Source: Camelus dromedarius (Eukaryota). From it: a stretch of DNA of 64,000 bases. How positions within the stretch are numbered: the first letter of the stretch is position 1; every line of letters begins with the position of its first letter. A model generated the notes under the pieces. It was not told the DNA's origin. It did not search any database and saw only the letters and a list, made by a program, of their open reading frames with translations. Of this stretch, positions 48,431-60,637 are shown piece after piece. The translations under genes and the position numbers were made by a program. The stretch is from the NCBI RefSeq assembly GCF_036321535.1, contig NC_087447.1, positions 33,110,001 through 33,174,000 on the forward strand, given 5' to 3'.

Positions 48431-51069
48431 TTTAAGTACTCTTCTCTCAAGATGAACTACATACATTCAGAAGCCTCTCTCCTTTAGAGTGCACTCGAAG
48501 AGAAGAAATAATGATTACAATTTAAGATGTTGCATTTTCTATATTTAAATGAAGATTTGAGGGCTTTTTTTTTTTTTTTTCCAATTTTGCTGTGGTCCAG
48601 TCAAGAAAGTGTGAACACTTAACTTACTACAATTGAGAAAAAAACAAAGGATCAAGTGTCAACAAACTTAAGTGGAGACATTCTCTATCTCTAACACTAT
48701 AAAAACACAAACTTCTTACTGCGTATGTAGTTCAGAGACAGGAAAAGAAGTGGTGTAATTCCCCAGCTGTTTCCTTCAATCAGTACTGCTAACGTGACAC
48801 TGTGATGTAGGGAAAGAGAACGACTTTGAAGTTGGAATTGGGGTCCAAATCCAGCACTGCCATTTCCTGCCTCTGAAACTGACAAGTTGCTCAGCCTCAG
48901 CCTCAGATTCCTCAGAGCCACAGAGACCTGGGACTAAGTAGTCATTCAATAAATAGCTTCTTTTCTCCTTTCAATAAATTCCCTGAATAAAGCGTTGTCT
49001 CGTTTCACCTTGCGCTATTTCTTTTGCTTTCCCTTATAAATTCAATATAAAATTACTGCTCATTCACACATACCAAACGAAGGCCGGCAGAATCTAAGTG
49101 ACGACTAACACTAGTTTTCTTGAGGTGATTTAAGTAGAATCAAATCTAAAGGACTAAAAATGAGATGATGACTAGTATTTCAATTCAACAGCAATTCCTC
49201 ACTGGTTCAAGACTGCCAGTATGACCCTTGGCAGGAAGCTGTCACACAGTAACAGTGTGCACTCAAAAGCTCAGGTGGGCCAGGTGTGGCTCACAGGCAG
49301 CTGCTGAGGGTCCCCCTGTGATTCACAAATGTCACTGTTATCACATTTCCAGCCTCCCACAGGAGGAAAACAATGGGACTCCTGAGACAAGCATCTGCTC
49401 GATCACCGCCATCTTATAACCCTGGGAACAATCACAACTTTCCTCGTGGGAGGAACACATTTTACTTCAATGGAACAACTAAGGAAGAATTCGAAACAAA
49501 GTGAAGGGATTGGAACTCTGAGCTGGATGGTACAGAAAGTCCATGGAGACAGAAAAAGTTTGTGACACGTCCACATACGTAGCACTTACTATGTGTCGTA
49601 TTAAGTGGCTTTCTAGGCATTCATTTATTTCATCCTCACAGCAACCCATGAAGATGTATAAGCCTTAATCACTACCATCAATTCCCTCTGAAAGTAAATA
49701 TGGAGGCCAAGAATCAGCAAGAATGAAAAAGTAGGGTGTTCTAATGAGGGAGGGGGGCTTTAGCCGTGAAGACCTTGAAGGTAGAGTAATATGATGGATA
49801 AGGTAAAGATTATGGAAGCGATGGAGAAAAACACAGGCGTTCAGACTAGATCAGCACAAAGGATCAGTTGACTGAAGATCGTGAATGCCGACCTCATAAG
49901 CCAGAGTGAGACAGCATAAAGCGTGAATTTTTCATGGCTTATGACAGTGATCCTCCCAAGGACGAAATGAGGTTCCAATATTTAAATGTGTTCAAAGAAA
50001 AAGCAGCATCATTTGAAGAAGTGACAGTCTCATTGTCACAATGACCTGAAGCTTCTTCTCCATTGCAGAAGCAGCCAGCAGAGCAGCCACCGGTCATTTC
50101 ATCATTCTGTTTGTAAAGAAGCTAAAGGGAGAAAGACTGGCATCTACCCAGCAAAACCCATTTTTCACCTTACGGATGAGAAATGCATAAATTTAAAACC
50201 AGCACTCTCACACCCTGTTTCAGTGGATTACTTCTGAATTCTAAGTTGGGCCAATTAAGATCATTTTCCACCTGATTAATATTCATCATGAATTCTAATG
50301 ACAATGGGAAATATTTACAGTGATTAAGTATGCTTTACCAAAAATCCCTACTCGTATCTCTTCGTACCAGGATAGAACATAGGTGCATTCACAATAAAAT
50401 CGAGCTCTAACACTGACTCTCCAGTCAGAGAAAAAGAGAGAGGGAGGGTGCAAACATGAAATTGAAGAACGGTTGGAAATGAAAATCCAGTCATGCAGAA
50501 AGACCCAGAAGCCAAACGAACGAGAAGATGTCACCCACAGGTGCTAATGGGGCTGCTGGCTCACAGACCGACCCAGAATGCAGAATTGATAGGAAAGAGC
50601 TAAGTAAATGGGATGTTTCTTTTGGAAATTAAAGAAAAAAAAAAAAAGGCCAAGGTGACACTGCTAGCAATTTCAGACAGTAACTCAGCGAACTTGATTT
50701 TTTTTGCCAGAAATTCTATTTGTCACCTGGAGCAGGATTTTCCAACATGGTGCTAGGACACATCTGTGATTTACAAGTGATTTGCAGCCACTCATAATTA
50801 AGATACAGAAATTTAGAATGAGTTACTTCTTGAATGTCAGTAAGAATGGTTTTGAGGTGATCCCAAATAACAAGTTCCCTCATTCACTGGGGTTTCAGAT
50901 CTGGACAGGGAGTGGAAGAAGCAGTCAGATTACAGGGATTAATTACAGGCAACCTGCAAACCTCTCTGGCTGTTCTGCGGCTTACACTGAGAAATCATAA
51001 ATGATGTGGGTGCTGGCTAACCTGAGTGCACCCAGGGAATTTATTCAGCGTGTGAACTGTAGCATCAAA

Positions 51070-51120
51070 AAATACATACATACATACATACACAAACAAA
51101 TAAATAAATAAATAAAAACA
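51070..51120. repeat. (ATAC)n/(AAAT)n A-rich tetranucleotide repeat
   Basis: Directly visible. Confidence 0.85.
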
Positions 51121-51739
51121 AAAGCTAAGAACAATGGGACAATGGGTCTAAAGCCATCTCCCAACTTGAACGCACAGGATGAATTATCACAGCTGCCTCC
51201 TCCTTCCCTCCCCTAAACTCCCCCACGCTCCCACACACTCCGCCACAACTGTAGTCATTTTCTCCTTCCTCCCATCCCAGGGTCTGTCCCTCCTTTCTAC
51301 TGTTTCACATGGAGAATGCATTTAACCAACTATCTTATCATTTGAGATGACAAATAGGGTCTAGACCATCCATCCAATTACTCTCATTTGGCAGCAAGGT
51401 CAGCAGCTACTTCTCGGTACATCTACTGTGTCCTCTGCTCACCACTCACAGTGGTGCTAGGTGCGATGGAAGATGGGGGAGAATAACTCCGAATGTTGTC
51501 AGACGTAGTTTGTGCAGGATCCCATAAGTATTTTGGGGGGAATGTGAAATTTAATAAGTAGGGACTGTTCAGTGGTGGGGGGGGTGGTGGCCGGGAACTC
51601 CAGATTGCCTGGGACACAGTCAGCTTCTGCCTGTCATCCCGGCTTAGGCATCTAATAGCACTCTCTTTCACTGTCAGGAATGACTGAGTTTGGATGAAAA
51701 ATATACCCTATGCAGTAATGAGGGTGTTGTCTCTTGTGG

Positions 51740-51930
51740 ATTCCAATCTTGGCTTCAGACCCTTTCGGCCAGATGACCCTGGACAAGTTCTTTAGCCACT
51801 CACAGTTTCAGTTTTCTCGTGTGTAGAGAGAATGATAGTGCTTGCTCCATGGAAACCACTGTGAGGATTAAATAAATAAATGTAAGCAAAACATTTAGAA
51901 GCGCCCCTGGCATGAAGCAATCGCCGCAAT
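51740..51930 (+). mobile_element. MIR SINE
   Basis: ttccaatcttggcttc...tgaccctggacaagtt...tcagttttctc...gtgaggattaaata. Confidence 0.75.
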
Positions 51931-52881
51931 TATTATCAATTAAGACACAAATAATGTATTACCTGCTCTAAGAACCTTCCTTGAATCTGCTCAGAACCCA
52001 AATACATACCTCTAAGACTAGGTCAGGTTCATTCCACTGCATTCCTATAGCCACACACACACACACACACTTCTAAATGCCAAGGTGATAATCAAGTCAA
52101 TTAATATTTACTGAACATCACCCACCACACACCAGGCACAGTGCCAAGCACTATACATGGGCTTGCCTCTTCTTGAAGATAGAGCATCTTATTCCTTCTG
52201 CCTACTACATAGTTTGCTCTCAAATATCTGTTGAACTGACTTGAAGGCAAGAAGTAAGAGGAATAACACTGCCTTCCCCTAGAGTAATGAGGGCAGATTT
52301 CATGAAGAAAGAATCACTTACATCAGGTATTAAAGTGTGGGGGAGTGTGACAGGCAGGGGTGAGAGAGAATCATTCTCCATGTGACAAACGGCATAAGCT
52401 GTTAGACTAGAAAAAGAACGTGGAAGTGCTTTATGCATCTGAGAGCCTGTGAGCACCTAGTTATAAACAAAACACAGAACTGGAAGTTAGGGTGGTAGTT
52501 CCAGAAAATCTGCCAGAGAGCCTATGAAGTACCTTTTCCCTCACTGGCCTCTACAGCGAAGCCTCAAATTCGCCCCATCAGTTCCTACTGTCAAACAATT
52601 CATCGAAACCAGGATGCCTGGAATGGCGTGTCTCTCTCAGCACAGACTTGTACTGAACAAACTTCTTCCTGAGAAGCCCTAGGTAAATCCCATGTTTCCA
52701 AGTCCAGTCAAATTTGAAATGCATGGGTGTAGCTAGTTATTCATTGAAACCCCATAGTGAGTTCTACTGTGAAGTGAATGTAATGTATTAATAGAGGAAG
52801 TTATATTCTTTCATCTCTATGGTTTCTAAACCTGAACCAGCTTTCAGAGAGAGTGTTCTATAAAATCAAGGCAAAAGAGCA

Positions 52882-52923
<42 letters not shown>

Positions 52924-52925
52924 AC
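52882..52925. repeat. (CT)n(CA)n compound microsatellite
   Basis: Directly visible. Confidence 0.9.
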
Positions 52926-54344
52926 CTGTCAGTGAGTCCAGTCTTATACACCCCATGAACATCCAACAATAAAAAAAATCCCGTTTTCTTTACACTCTTG
53001 CCCAGAAATATCTAGGTTAAGCAGCAAGCTGCCTTGAAAAACAATTACGTAAGAGTTACATTTCTGAAAATGTGCAGAAACAGCCTCAGCCTTAAACATA
53101 CACATAAAGTAATTGGCACAGTGTACGGTATAAACTAAATAGTCCATAAATGATCTCCTTTGTAGTAATATCATTATTAAATAAAGACAACAGAAAAAAG
53201 GATTAAGAAATAGACCTTGAGACCAATCCCTCAGGAAAGGTAATGCGTGGTACACTACCAGGATAAAAGGTGGAAACAAAACTATTTCAGAGACAATTTC
53301 TAAGAGAGCAACTATTTTTGCAAAGCCAAGAGAAGGGGGAGCAGACTTGAGTTGGGATCAACCATATGATCGGAGAGAAGGAGCATGTTATCAATTGAAA
53401 AGGAACACTGCCAAGTCACGCATCTGTCACGGTACCTAGGGCCTAAGTACCTGTCTGGTTGAAAGACGTCCCCATCAGTGTACCTGTGATACAGGAAACC
53501 AGAACCACACAGTAAAATGCCATGAGCTAACAAGCTCGGGCTAAAACTTAGTAATCCAATGCTTTGGTCCACTGACCTGATACTGTCCTGGGGACACTGC
53601 TACTTGTCATAATGTAACATCAGGGAGCCCAGAATTTTAGATTTGAAAAGCGCTAAGGAGTCACGTGGACTAGCGTAGACATTAATGACCCTATGGTGGT
53701 TGAATAGGTAGATCTAAAAAAAACAGTAACTTCTGGGATGTGACTTTTTATTGGGCTTTCACAACTTTCCCAGTCATCACGGTTGAAAACAAACCTGAAA
53801 TACAATGGTCTGGGCCTGTGAAAACCAGATCGTCATAAAGTGCATTCGTAGTAAAGCACTTCAGCAGGTTCAAAGGAAGTTCAGGAACATGCAAATGTAG
53901 TTTCAATTGCCGAAGTCGTAAGAAAAATACTTTGTTTTCGTTGTAATAAAAATATCTTACTAAAAAAAAAAAGATCAGTGCAAATGCAATAATATGGCGT
54001 TAAGGGAGACTGATCTAATTTAGAGAAAAATTGGAGAGAAGACTAAGGGAGAAGCATCAGAAATCTGAATACACACCCAACAGCCCCAGAAGAGCACTGC
54101 AGTATTGAATTTAATATAGGGAAATTCTGTTTTGGACCTCAAGAAACACCTGACAGTAATAAGACAGGTTTCTTGAGGGAAAAGTTACAGCAGCACATAT
54201 ACCCTGATTCAGAAATTCAACAGAGTCCAGACCTCTGTGGTTTTAGGGGTTAAGGCAAAAGTTAGAATAAGAAAACTATTTGCCTGAGACTTGATGCAGC
54301 TTGCATAAATTATCTAAAAATATTTTTAAAAATCCATATGGCAT

Positions 54345-54750
54345 TAAAAATGCTAATAATGCATAGAAATGCTCACATTCTGTCAAGTGAAAGAAGCAAT
54401 TTATAAAAGGGTCTATCATGGTTTTGTTAAAAAAACACAAAATTTTACACTTTTATGTTTATTTTTGGGCATAGAAAGGAATAAAAGTATACACACAAGA
54501 AAGCTAATAGTTATCTCTGGAATAATTACCTGTGCATACATACAAGTACACATACCAAAATGCCACTGTATATGTAAGTACTATATGGGTAAAAGGTACC
54601 ATGTGCATAAAAGCATATGTACCAAAAAATTAATAGTTATCTCTGGGCAGGATTACAGATGGATTTTGCCTTCTTCTTTAGATATACTTACATTGCACAC
54701 AAGTTCTATGGTACACGTGTATTTCTTTTATAACAAGAAAAATTTGAAAT
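54345..54750 (+). mobile_element. Old L1ME-like 3' end with an internal duplication
   Basis: atagaaatgctcacattctgtcaagtgaaagaagc...taatagttatctctgggcaggattacagatggatttt...ttataacaagaaaaa. Confidence 0.6.
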
Positions 54751-55399
54751 AGTAGGGCCAAGGAGCGTGCAGGTTGTTATGAGTTCTATTCAGAGTAACA
54801 TCCAAGTTCAGTAAGATCACTCTACTACTAGAATGAGGAAGTGTTTCAGGACATCAGGAAAGCCTTTTGGAGGACAGCCACAAGATCAAGGAGTCACTGT
54901 TTGGATTCACTGATGAGAAATAAGCTTCCCCAAATCCTGATGAACAGACTGAACCTACCAGCAGAGTGGTTTCCAAAAAGCATGTATGTGCCCAAAGCTG
55001 CCGTGTTTATCATTTTGGGCAGCAGTTTGCATGGACATCTATGTTATACTCATCAGATACACAGATGACTGATAACATGTTAGCACGGAGAAAAAGTGTT
55101 AGGTAATAGAACTTAAATCCAAAAGAAGTGTAGCTGGCCAAGAAGATGGAGACATGTGTCACAAAACGCAGGAATAGACAGATAAAGTAAAACATTTTCA
55201 CTTCTGTCTTTGAGAAATAATAGCGTGTATAACATACACACATACACTCATTTAAGAAAGTATTTCAGGAACCTTACAAAAATACAAGAAGTAAACTTTA
55301 AAAGACAGTATTATATATTAGGTAAATATAAGAGAAACTGGATCCAATTTGTTTGGGGGAAAAATAGGAATTTTATGTTGGTGCTTGAAACTGTGGCAC

Positions 55400-55830
55400 T
55401 TAAGGGTGGATCTACCTTCGGTCCTGGCTGGATTTCAGATTATGTCTTTAAGGTGCTCCCCGTCTGTCCGTCTTTGTGTATGTGTCTCTCTTTCTCATCT
55501 TTGTCCCTGTTTCTAACTACATATCAGCATAATTCTCCTGTCACAGTGCCAGAGACAAACGAGTGGGAAAGCGCCATGGGGAAGGGAATACAGCCACAAG
55601 TGCTTCTAAGTCCACACCCTTGCAGTCAGGAACCAAAAGGACAAGAAACTTTCCCAAAGTCTTCAGCAGAGAAGACATGGGATGATTCTAATCAGCCTGG
55701 TTGCATCCAAGGCCCCCCTGTGTGTCCAAGGGTCCGATTGGCCATGTGATTACCTCTGTGCCAAAAGGCGACCAAGGTATTAAGACTGTCTTAACTAGAT
55801 ACGAATGGAGTGAGGGAGGGGCTCCCCAAA
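55400..55830 (-). mobile_element. Old MaLR LTR fragment (MLT1K/L-like)
   Basis: tggctggatttcagatt...ctgattggccatgtgattacctctg-type MLT1 motifs. Confidence 0.45.
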
Positions 55831-56739
55831 GACACCAGAACAAAGGAGATGGAGAATAGTACACGCAGAGTAAAACTTCAACTAGCATGACTCATTATAT
55901 CATAGACAATTACAAATCAAAGCCTCTATTTTAATGTTAAAAAGAATATGGGCCTCAGAATAGCCAAGTCGCCAGCAATACCAGCCACAGAAATGCCTCC
56001 CACAGAGTCCTAAACAGTTACTATGTGTGAGCCGAAAAGGCAGCTCCAAGCTTCCTAACAGTCAAGCGAAGGGAAGAAGACAGATACAAGATATACACCA
56101 TCATAAAATAACAAGCCATCCTTTTCAAGGGAGCTTGAGCGCGTCTTCATTTTGATACTGAAACATGAGGAAAACGTCTCTCTCGGATATTCATAATAAA
56201 AACAGCGAGACCTCCATGAAGCACCCTGAGCAACACCCTCAACAGCATCCCCACAACAGAAATAACAAACTGCCCTCACTTGTTTCCTACTACATCCTGC
56301 AATAAGGTAAAGCCCAAGCACCCGTGTCAGCCCTAAAGCCACTTGACGGGAGTGGCTTCATAAGGGGAAAAAATAAGCACCAAGGTCCCAACAGGCATCG
56401 CTCCAATGATCTGGCAAGATTAAAAGGTCTAATTGAGAGCATTCGGAATGATGCGTGGACTGAATATCCTTCAGGCAATCCCGAGTTTTTGATAAGAATT
56501 ATGTAACAGGAGTGTCAAGGTTTTCTCTCGTCAGAATTCAGAGAGTGGACAGACCACATCACCAGGAGAGAACTGAATCACAGGCTCTGACAAGTAAGAG
56601 GGGAGAAGGCAGCTATAAAGTCTTCCGGCCAGACTTAGGGAGTTTAACCCAAGCAAATGCCCGAACAGCCATTGGATCTGGCAAAACCTCCCTCAGAAAG
56701 CAATCCCCTGCCTGTTTCAACAAAAAAGAAAGATGAGTC

Positions 56740-57228
56740 ATTGAAAAATATGTGTAGTTTCATAAGTCAACGGCTATGAGGCTTGACAGCAGCTCTTGAG
56801 CAAAAATACTTAGGAGCTTTAATTGACCATAGGTTCAGTTGGAATCAGTAGCTCGGAGACTTTAGGAAGATTTAAGAGAATTACAGTATGTGAAACAAGG
56901 CGGGGAAAGTTTCTTCTCGATGGACAACGAGTCATACTGTGGGTACCACTGAGCACAACTGAAAACAGACAAACTATAGCATGTTAACAGACAAGTCACT
57001 AGGATGGTAAGGAAAGTCAAAACCTTGTTCAATAAGAAGTGGATGAAAAAATTAGGGAAATCTAACTTTAAAGTAAGTAAGACATAGGAAGGGAGAAGGA
57101 GATGACAGCTGTCTTCAACAATTCGAAAGAATATCATATACAAATTGCACACCAAGGAACAGAACTAATATCAGTATATCTGCGTCAGATAAGATGATAT
57201 ATTTTAACTCAATATAAAAAGAGAGAAA
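56740..57228 (+). mobile_element. L3/CR1 LINE fragment (resumes after the L1, at ~57933-58000)
   Basis: ggcttgacagcagctcttgagcaaaaatacttaggagctttaattgacc...gacagctgtcttcaa...ttaactcaatataaaaagagagaaaac. Confidence 0.6.
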
Positions 57229-57229
57229 A

Positions 57230-57932
57230 CCTTGAGGTATAGTTAATGTACAATATTATATAAGTTTCAGGTGTACAAGAGATTCACAATTTTTAATGAT
57301 TATATTCCATTTATAGTTATTGTAAAATGTTGGCCGTATTCCCTGTATTGTACAATATATTCTTGTAGCTTATTTATTTTATACAAAGTAGTTTGTATCT
57401 CTTAACCCCCTAATCCTATCTTTCCCCTCCCCCTTCCCACCTCCTACTGGTAACCATGGTTTTTGATATCTGTCAGTTTCTTTTTGGTTATACTCACTAG
57501 TTTTTTAGATTCCACATGTAAGTCATTATACAGTATTTATCCTTCTCTGTCTGATTATTTCACTTACCATAATCCAAGTCAATCCACACTGCTGCAAATG
57601 GCAAAATTTCATTTTTTATGGCTGAGTAGTATTCCATTCTCTGTGTGTATATGCTACTATGTGTGTATATATACATCTTCTTTATCCAATTATTTGTTGA
57701 TAGGCACTTAAGTTCTTCAGTATCTTGGCAATTGTAAATCATGCTGCTATGAACATTGAGGTTCATGTACCTTTTCAAATTAGGGAGGGTATTTGGGGGG
57801 GGGTATATAAATCCCCAGGAGTGGAACTGCTGAGTCCTATGGTAGTTCTATTTTTAGCACTGGCTCAAAAACAGATGCACAAGTCAATGGAACAGAATAG
57901 AGAGCCCAGAAATAAACCTATGCACTTATGGT
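57230..57932 (-). mobile_element. L1 (L1MA9-like 3' end) with a 5'-inverted ORF2 fragment
   Basis: 57230-57858 is antisense 3'UTR/ORF2 end (ttgaggtatagttaatgtacaatattatataagtttcaggtgtacaa...). 57859-57932 is the opposite orientation (aaaaacagatgcacaagtcaatggaacagaatagagagcccagaaataaacc). Confidence 0.85.
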
Positions 57933-58739
57933 GATGAGAACTTTGACGGTAAATTATTTGAAATAATCAAGGCTCCATGAGAAGGAATGTCAGTGATAAA
58001 ATAACTGAGTTGAATGGAACTAAGATGAAAATGAAAAGCTCCCAGTGAGAAAGGTTTGCTAAAAATGAAATCACCCAGAGACACATGAAGTAGTAAGATG
58101 CAGGTATGACTCCACATTTACGATTCCATTTGTATCCCATGAAGTGGCTTCAATGGAAACAGTACAAACCTCTTAAAAATGAGGCAGAAACTACGAGATT
58201 TTAGTTCCCTTCCAACCTCTTGACAAGAATGCATCACAGAAGATTCTGAACGCTCTGAAGAATTGTATTTTCTTTGGCCGTACTCAATTTTTAAAAGCCA
58301 GAATGACTGATGCATTTTTATAGTACCATGATTTCTGTCAGACATGGGACAAGTGGGGCACTCTGAACAAGAGACAAAGTGCGGTACCTAGTGCACGCAG
58401 CGTAACAGGCAAAAGCAGGGCTTGGCCAGCGCAGGGGACTCTGGCTAATCAGGTGGATAGAGAAACAAACATCCCCGCAGTTACCCAGGCACCCGAAGGG
58501 GCATTCACGGCTCAGATTAGTTTGGGGAGGCTGAGGAAAGATGTGTAGAATTCCGAGACTCCCACAGTGGTCCTCGTATTCAATTAACTTTTCTACTTTA
58601 GCCATCTTATCCTCTTAGATTCCACAAGGCATTTAAGCAACCAAGCAACCTTGTTTCTCAGGCCTCTTAGGAAGTAGAGGGCAGAGAAAATAATGGAAAA
58701 GCCCACAAAAAGAAACTGTGTACGACTTACATCAGCCAC

Positions 58740-59099
58740 TGCATTAGTCTGCTAAGACCGCCACAATAAAACGCCACACACTGGGTGGCTCAAATAACAG
58801 AAATTTGTTTTCTCGCAGCTCTGGAGGCGGGAGGTCCAAGGTCTGGTGCAGTTCCTCCTGGAGCCTCTCTCCTTGGCTTGCAGACTGCCATCTTCCCTTT
58901 GTGTCCCTCTGTGTACCTGCACTCTTGGTATCTCTTCCTTTTCTGATAAGAACACCAGTTTCATCAGATTGGGGTAACATCCCAATGACCTCATTTAACC
59001 TTAACTGACTCCTTAAAGGCCCTGTCTCCAAATATAGTCACATTGAGGACTGGGACTTCAACCTATGAATTTCGGGGGTACACAATTCATCTCATAACA
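58740..59099 (-). mobile_element. MaLR LTR (MLT1B/C-like), complete with 5-bp TSD
   Basis: tgcattagtctgctaagaccgcc...acaattcatctcataaca. TSD gccac at 58735-58739 and 59100-59104. Confidence 0.9.
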
Positions 59100-59129
59100 G
59101 CCACCACGCCCTAAATGTCTATGTTTTAA

Positions 59130-59720
59130 ATAGCTAGTTCACAAACCCATCTTCACTACCATTGATTTACTTTTGACCATCACTGTCCTTCATTCAGACT
59201 ATCCCAAAAGCTTTAAAACAGTCTGTCTCTAGATTGCCTTCCCACCACCCATCCTCAGCAAGATTGCCAAAGCACTGTGTTTTAGACCAAATCCTACAGG
59301 ATGAGTGTGATGCTTCTAGCACAGTGCATAAGGCCCTTTATGACCTGCATCCTCCTGTCTTCCCATCTTCCTTGACAGCCACTCCTTTTCGACACTGCAT
59401 ACCCCTGAGATACCAGCTTACTTAAAATTTCCCTTACATTCACCACCTGACTCCTCTGCTTGGACTACCTTTTACAAACTCTCAAGCACTCTTCAAAACT
59501 AGGAACCAGTAACATTAACTCAGTAAAGTCTCACTGTCCCCAGACAGGTTTAATCTCTCCTTTCTCCGTGCAATCTCTTTAAATTATGTCGATTTCTATT
59601 ATTGTATGTTTGCAGTGTGACGTGTCTCCGTAGACTATAAACATCTTGGGTACATAGCAGCTGGGATTTATATCTTTCTGCATCTTTATTTCCCAATTAA
59701 ATTATTGGACTGAATTATTT
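59130..59720 (+). mobile_element. L2 fragment
   Basis: cataaggccctttatgacctgc...cctctgcttggact...tctccgtagactataaacatcttggg. Confidence 0.6.
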
Positions 59721-60359
59721 AAAACATACAATCATACAGACAAGAAGGACATACTGCACCAGTTCCTCAACTGGTGGCTTTTGTCTACAGTACTCAAAAG
59801 GTGGCAAACACAGAAGCAGTCTTTGGCTCTGCTCTGTCTCTACATAAGACTCCCACCCCCACCCCCCCAATGATCCTGTTATGTCTAACAGGCTCAAGAC
59901 CTTGAAGGTCAGACTCTATCAATTTCATTTAAAAGCAAATCCTGAGTAATGCAATCTGGGGGCATGGCTTCATGTTTTTTTTCGCCCCATGACGCAGGAA
60001 ATATACAGAATCTTAAACTTGGCTATATCTAAATAGATATATACGCAAACATATTGTGCTACTCAAAGACAAACCACCCACCCAGTGAGATCCAGCTGGA
60101 ATACACCTACATCTTTAAGTATAATAACCTAGTCATCCTGCCTGGATTCCTGCCCCCTCACTTCTCTCACTTATTCTGAGAGGCATCTCACACCCAGTCC
60201 CTGCTCCACGCAGCCCCACCTCCTCTCCACCCGGCTCACACCAAAGCAGAAAAATGAGACAAAGCCAAACAAGAGGGGAAAAAAACCTCTGTCCTAAGTG
60301 TGAGTGAAATAAAGATTGTCTTCCCGGAGGCCAGCTTGGAGAGAGAACCTTAACATCTC

Positions 60360-60637
60360 AGAGCTGCACGGTCCAATATGCAGCCAAATGTGACTACTCC
60401 AAATTGAGACATCTGCAAGTGTAAACTACATATGGGATTTCAGGCTTAGCTGGAAAAAATAAACGTAAAACACCTTGCTAGTAAGTCTACACTAATTACA
60501 TATTGAAATTACAGTATTTTGGATACAGTAGATTAAGGAAAACATTATTAAAATGCACTTTTTTTTTACTTTTTTAATTTGTCTAATACAAATTTAAAAT
60601 TATATATGATTCTCATTATTTGGGGGGGGGGGTGCTG
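60360..60637. mobile_element. MER3/MER33-like hAT-Charlie MITE
   Basis: cagagctgcacggtccaatatgcagcc...aagtgtaaactac...tattttggatacag...aaatttaaaattatatatg. Confidence 0.7.

Noticed and set aside
53431..53451. Near-palindrome ggtacctagg-g-cctaagtacc
   Set aside because: 10-bp arms with a mismatch; plausible by chance in 64 kb.
55210..55749. Longest ORF in the window (179 aa)
   Set aside because: Non-ATG start, no recognisable domain, and it runs through an old MaLR fragment.
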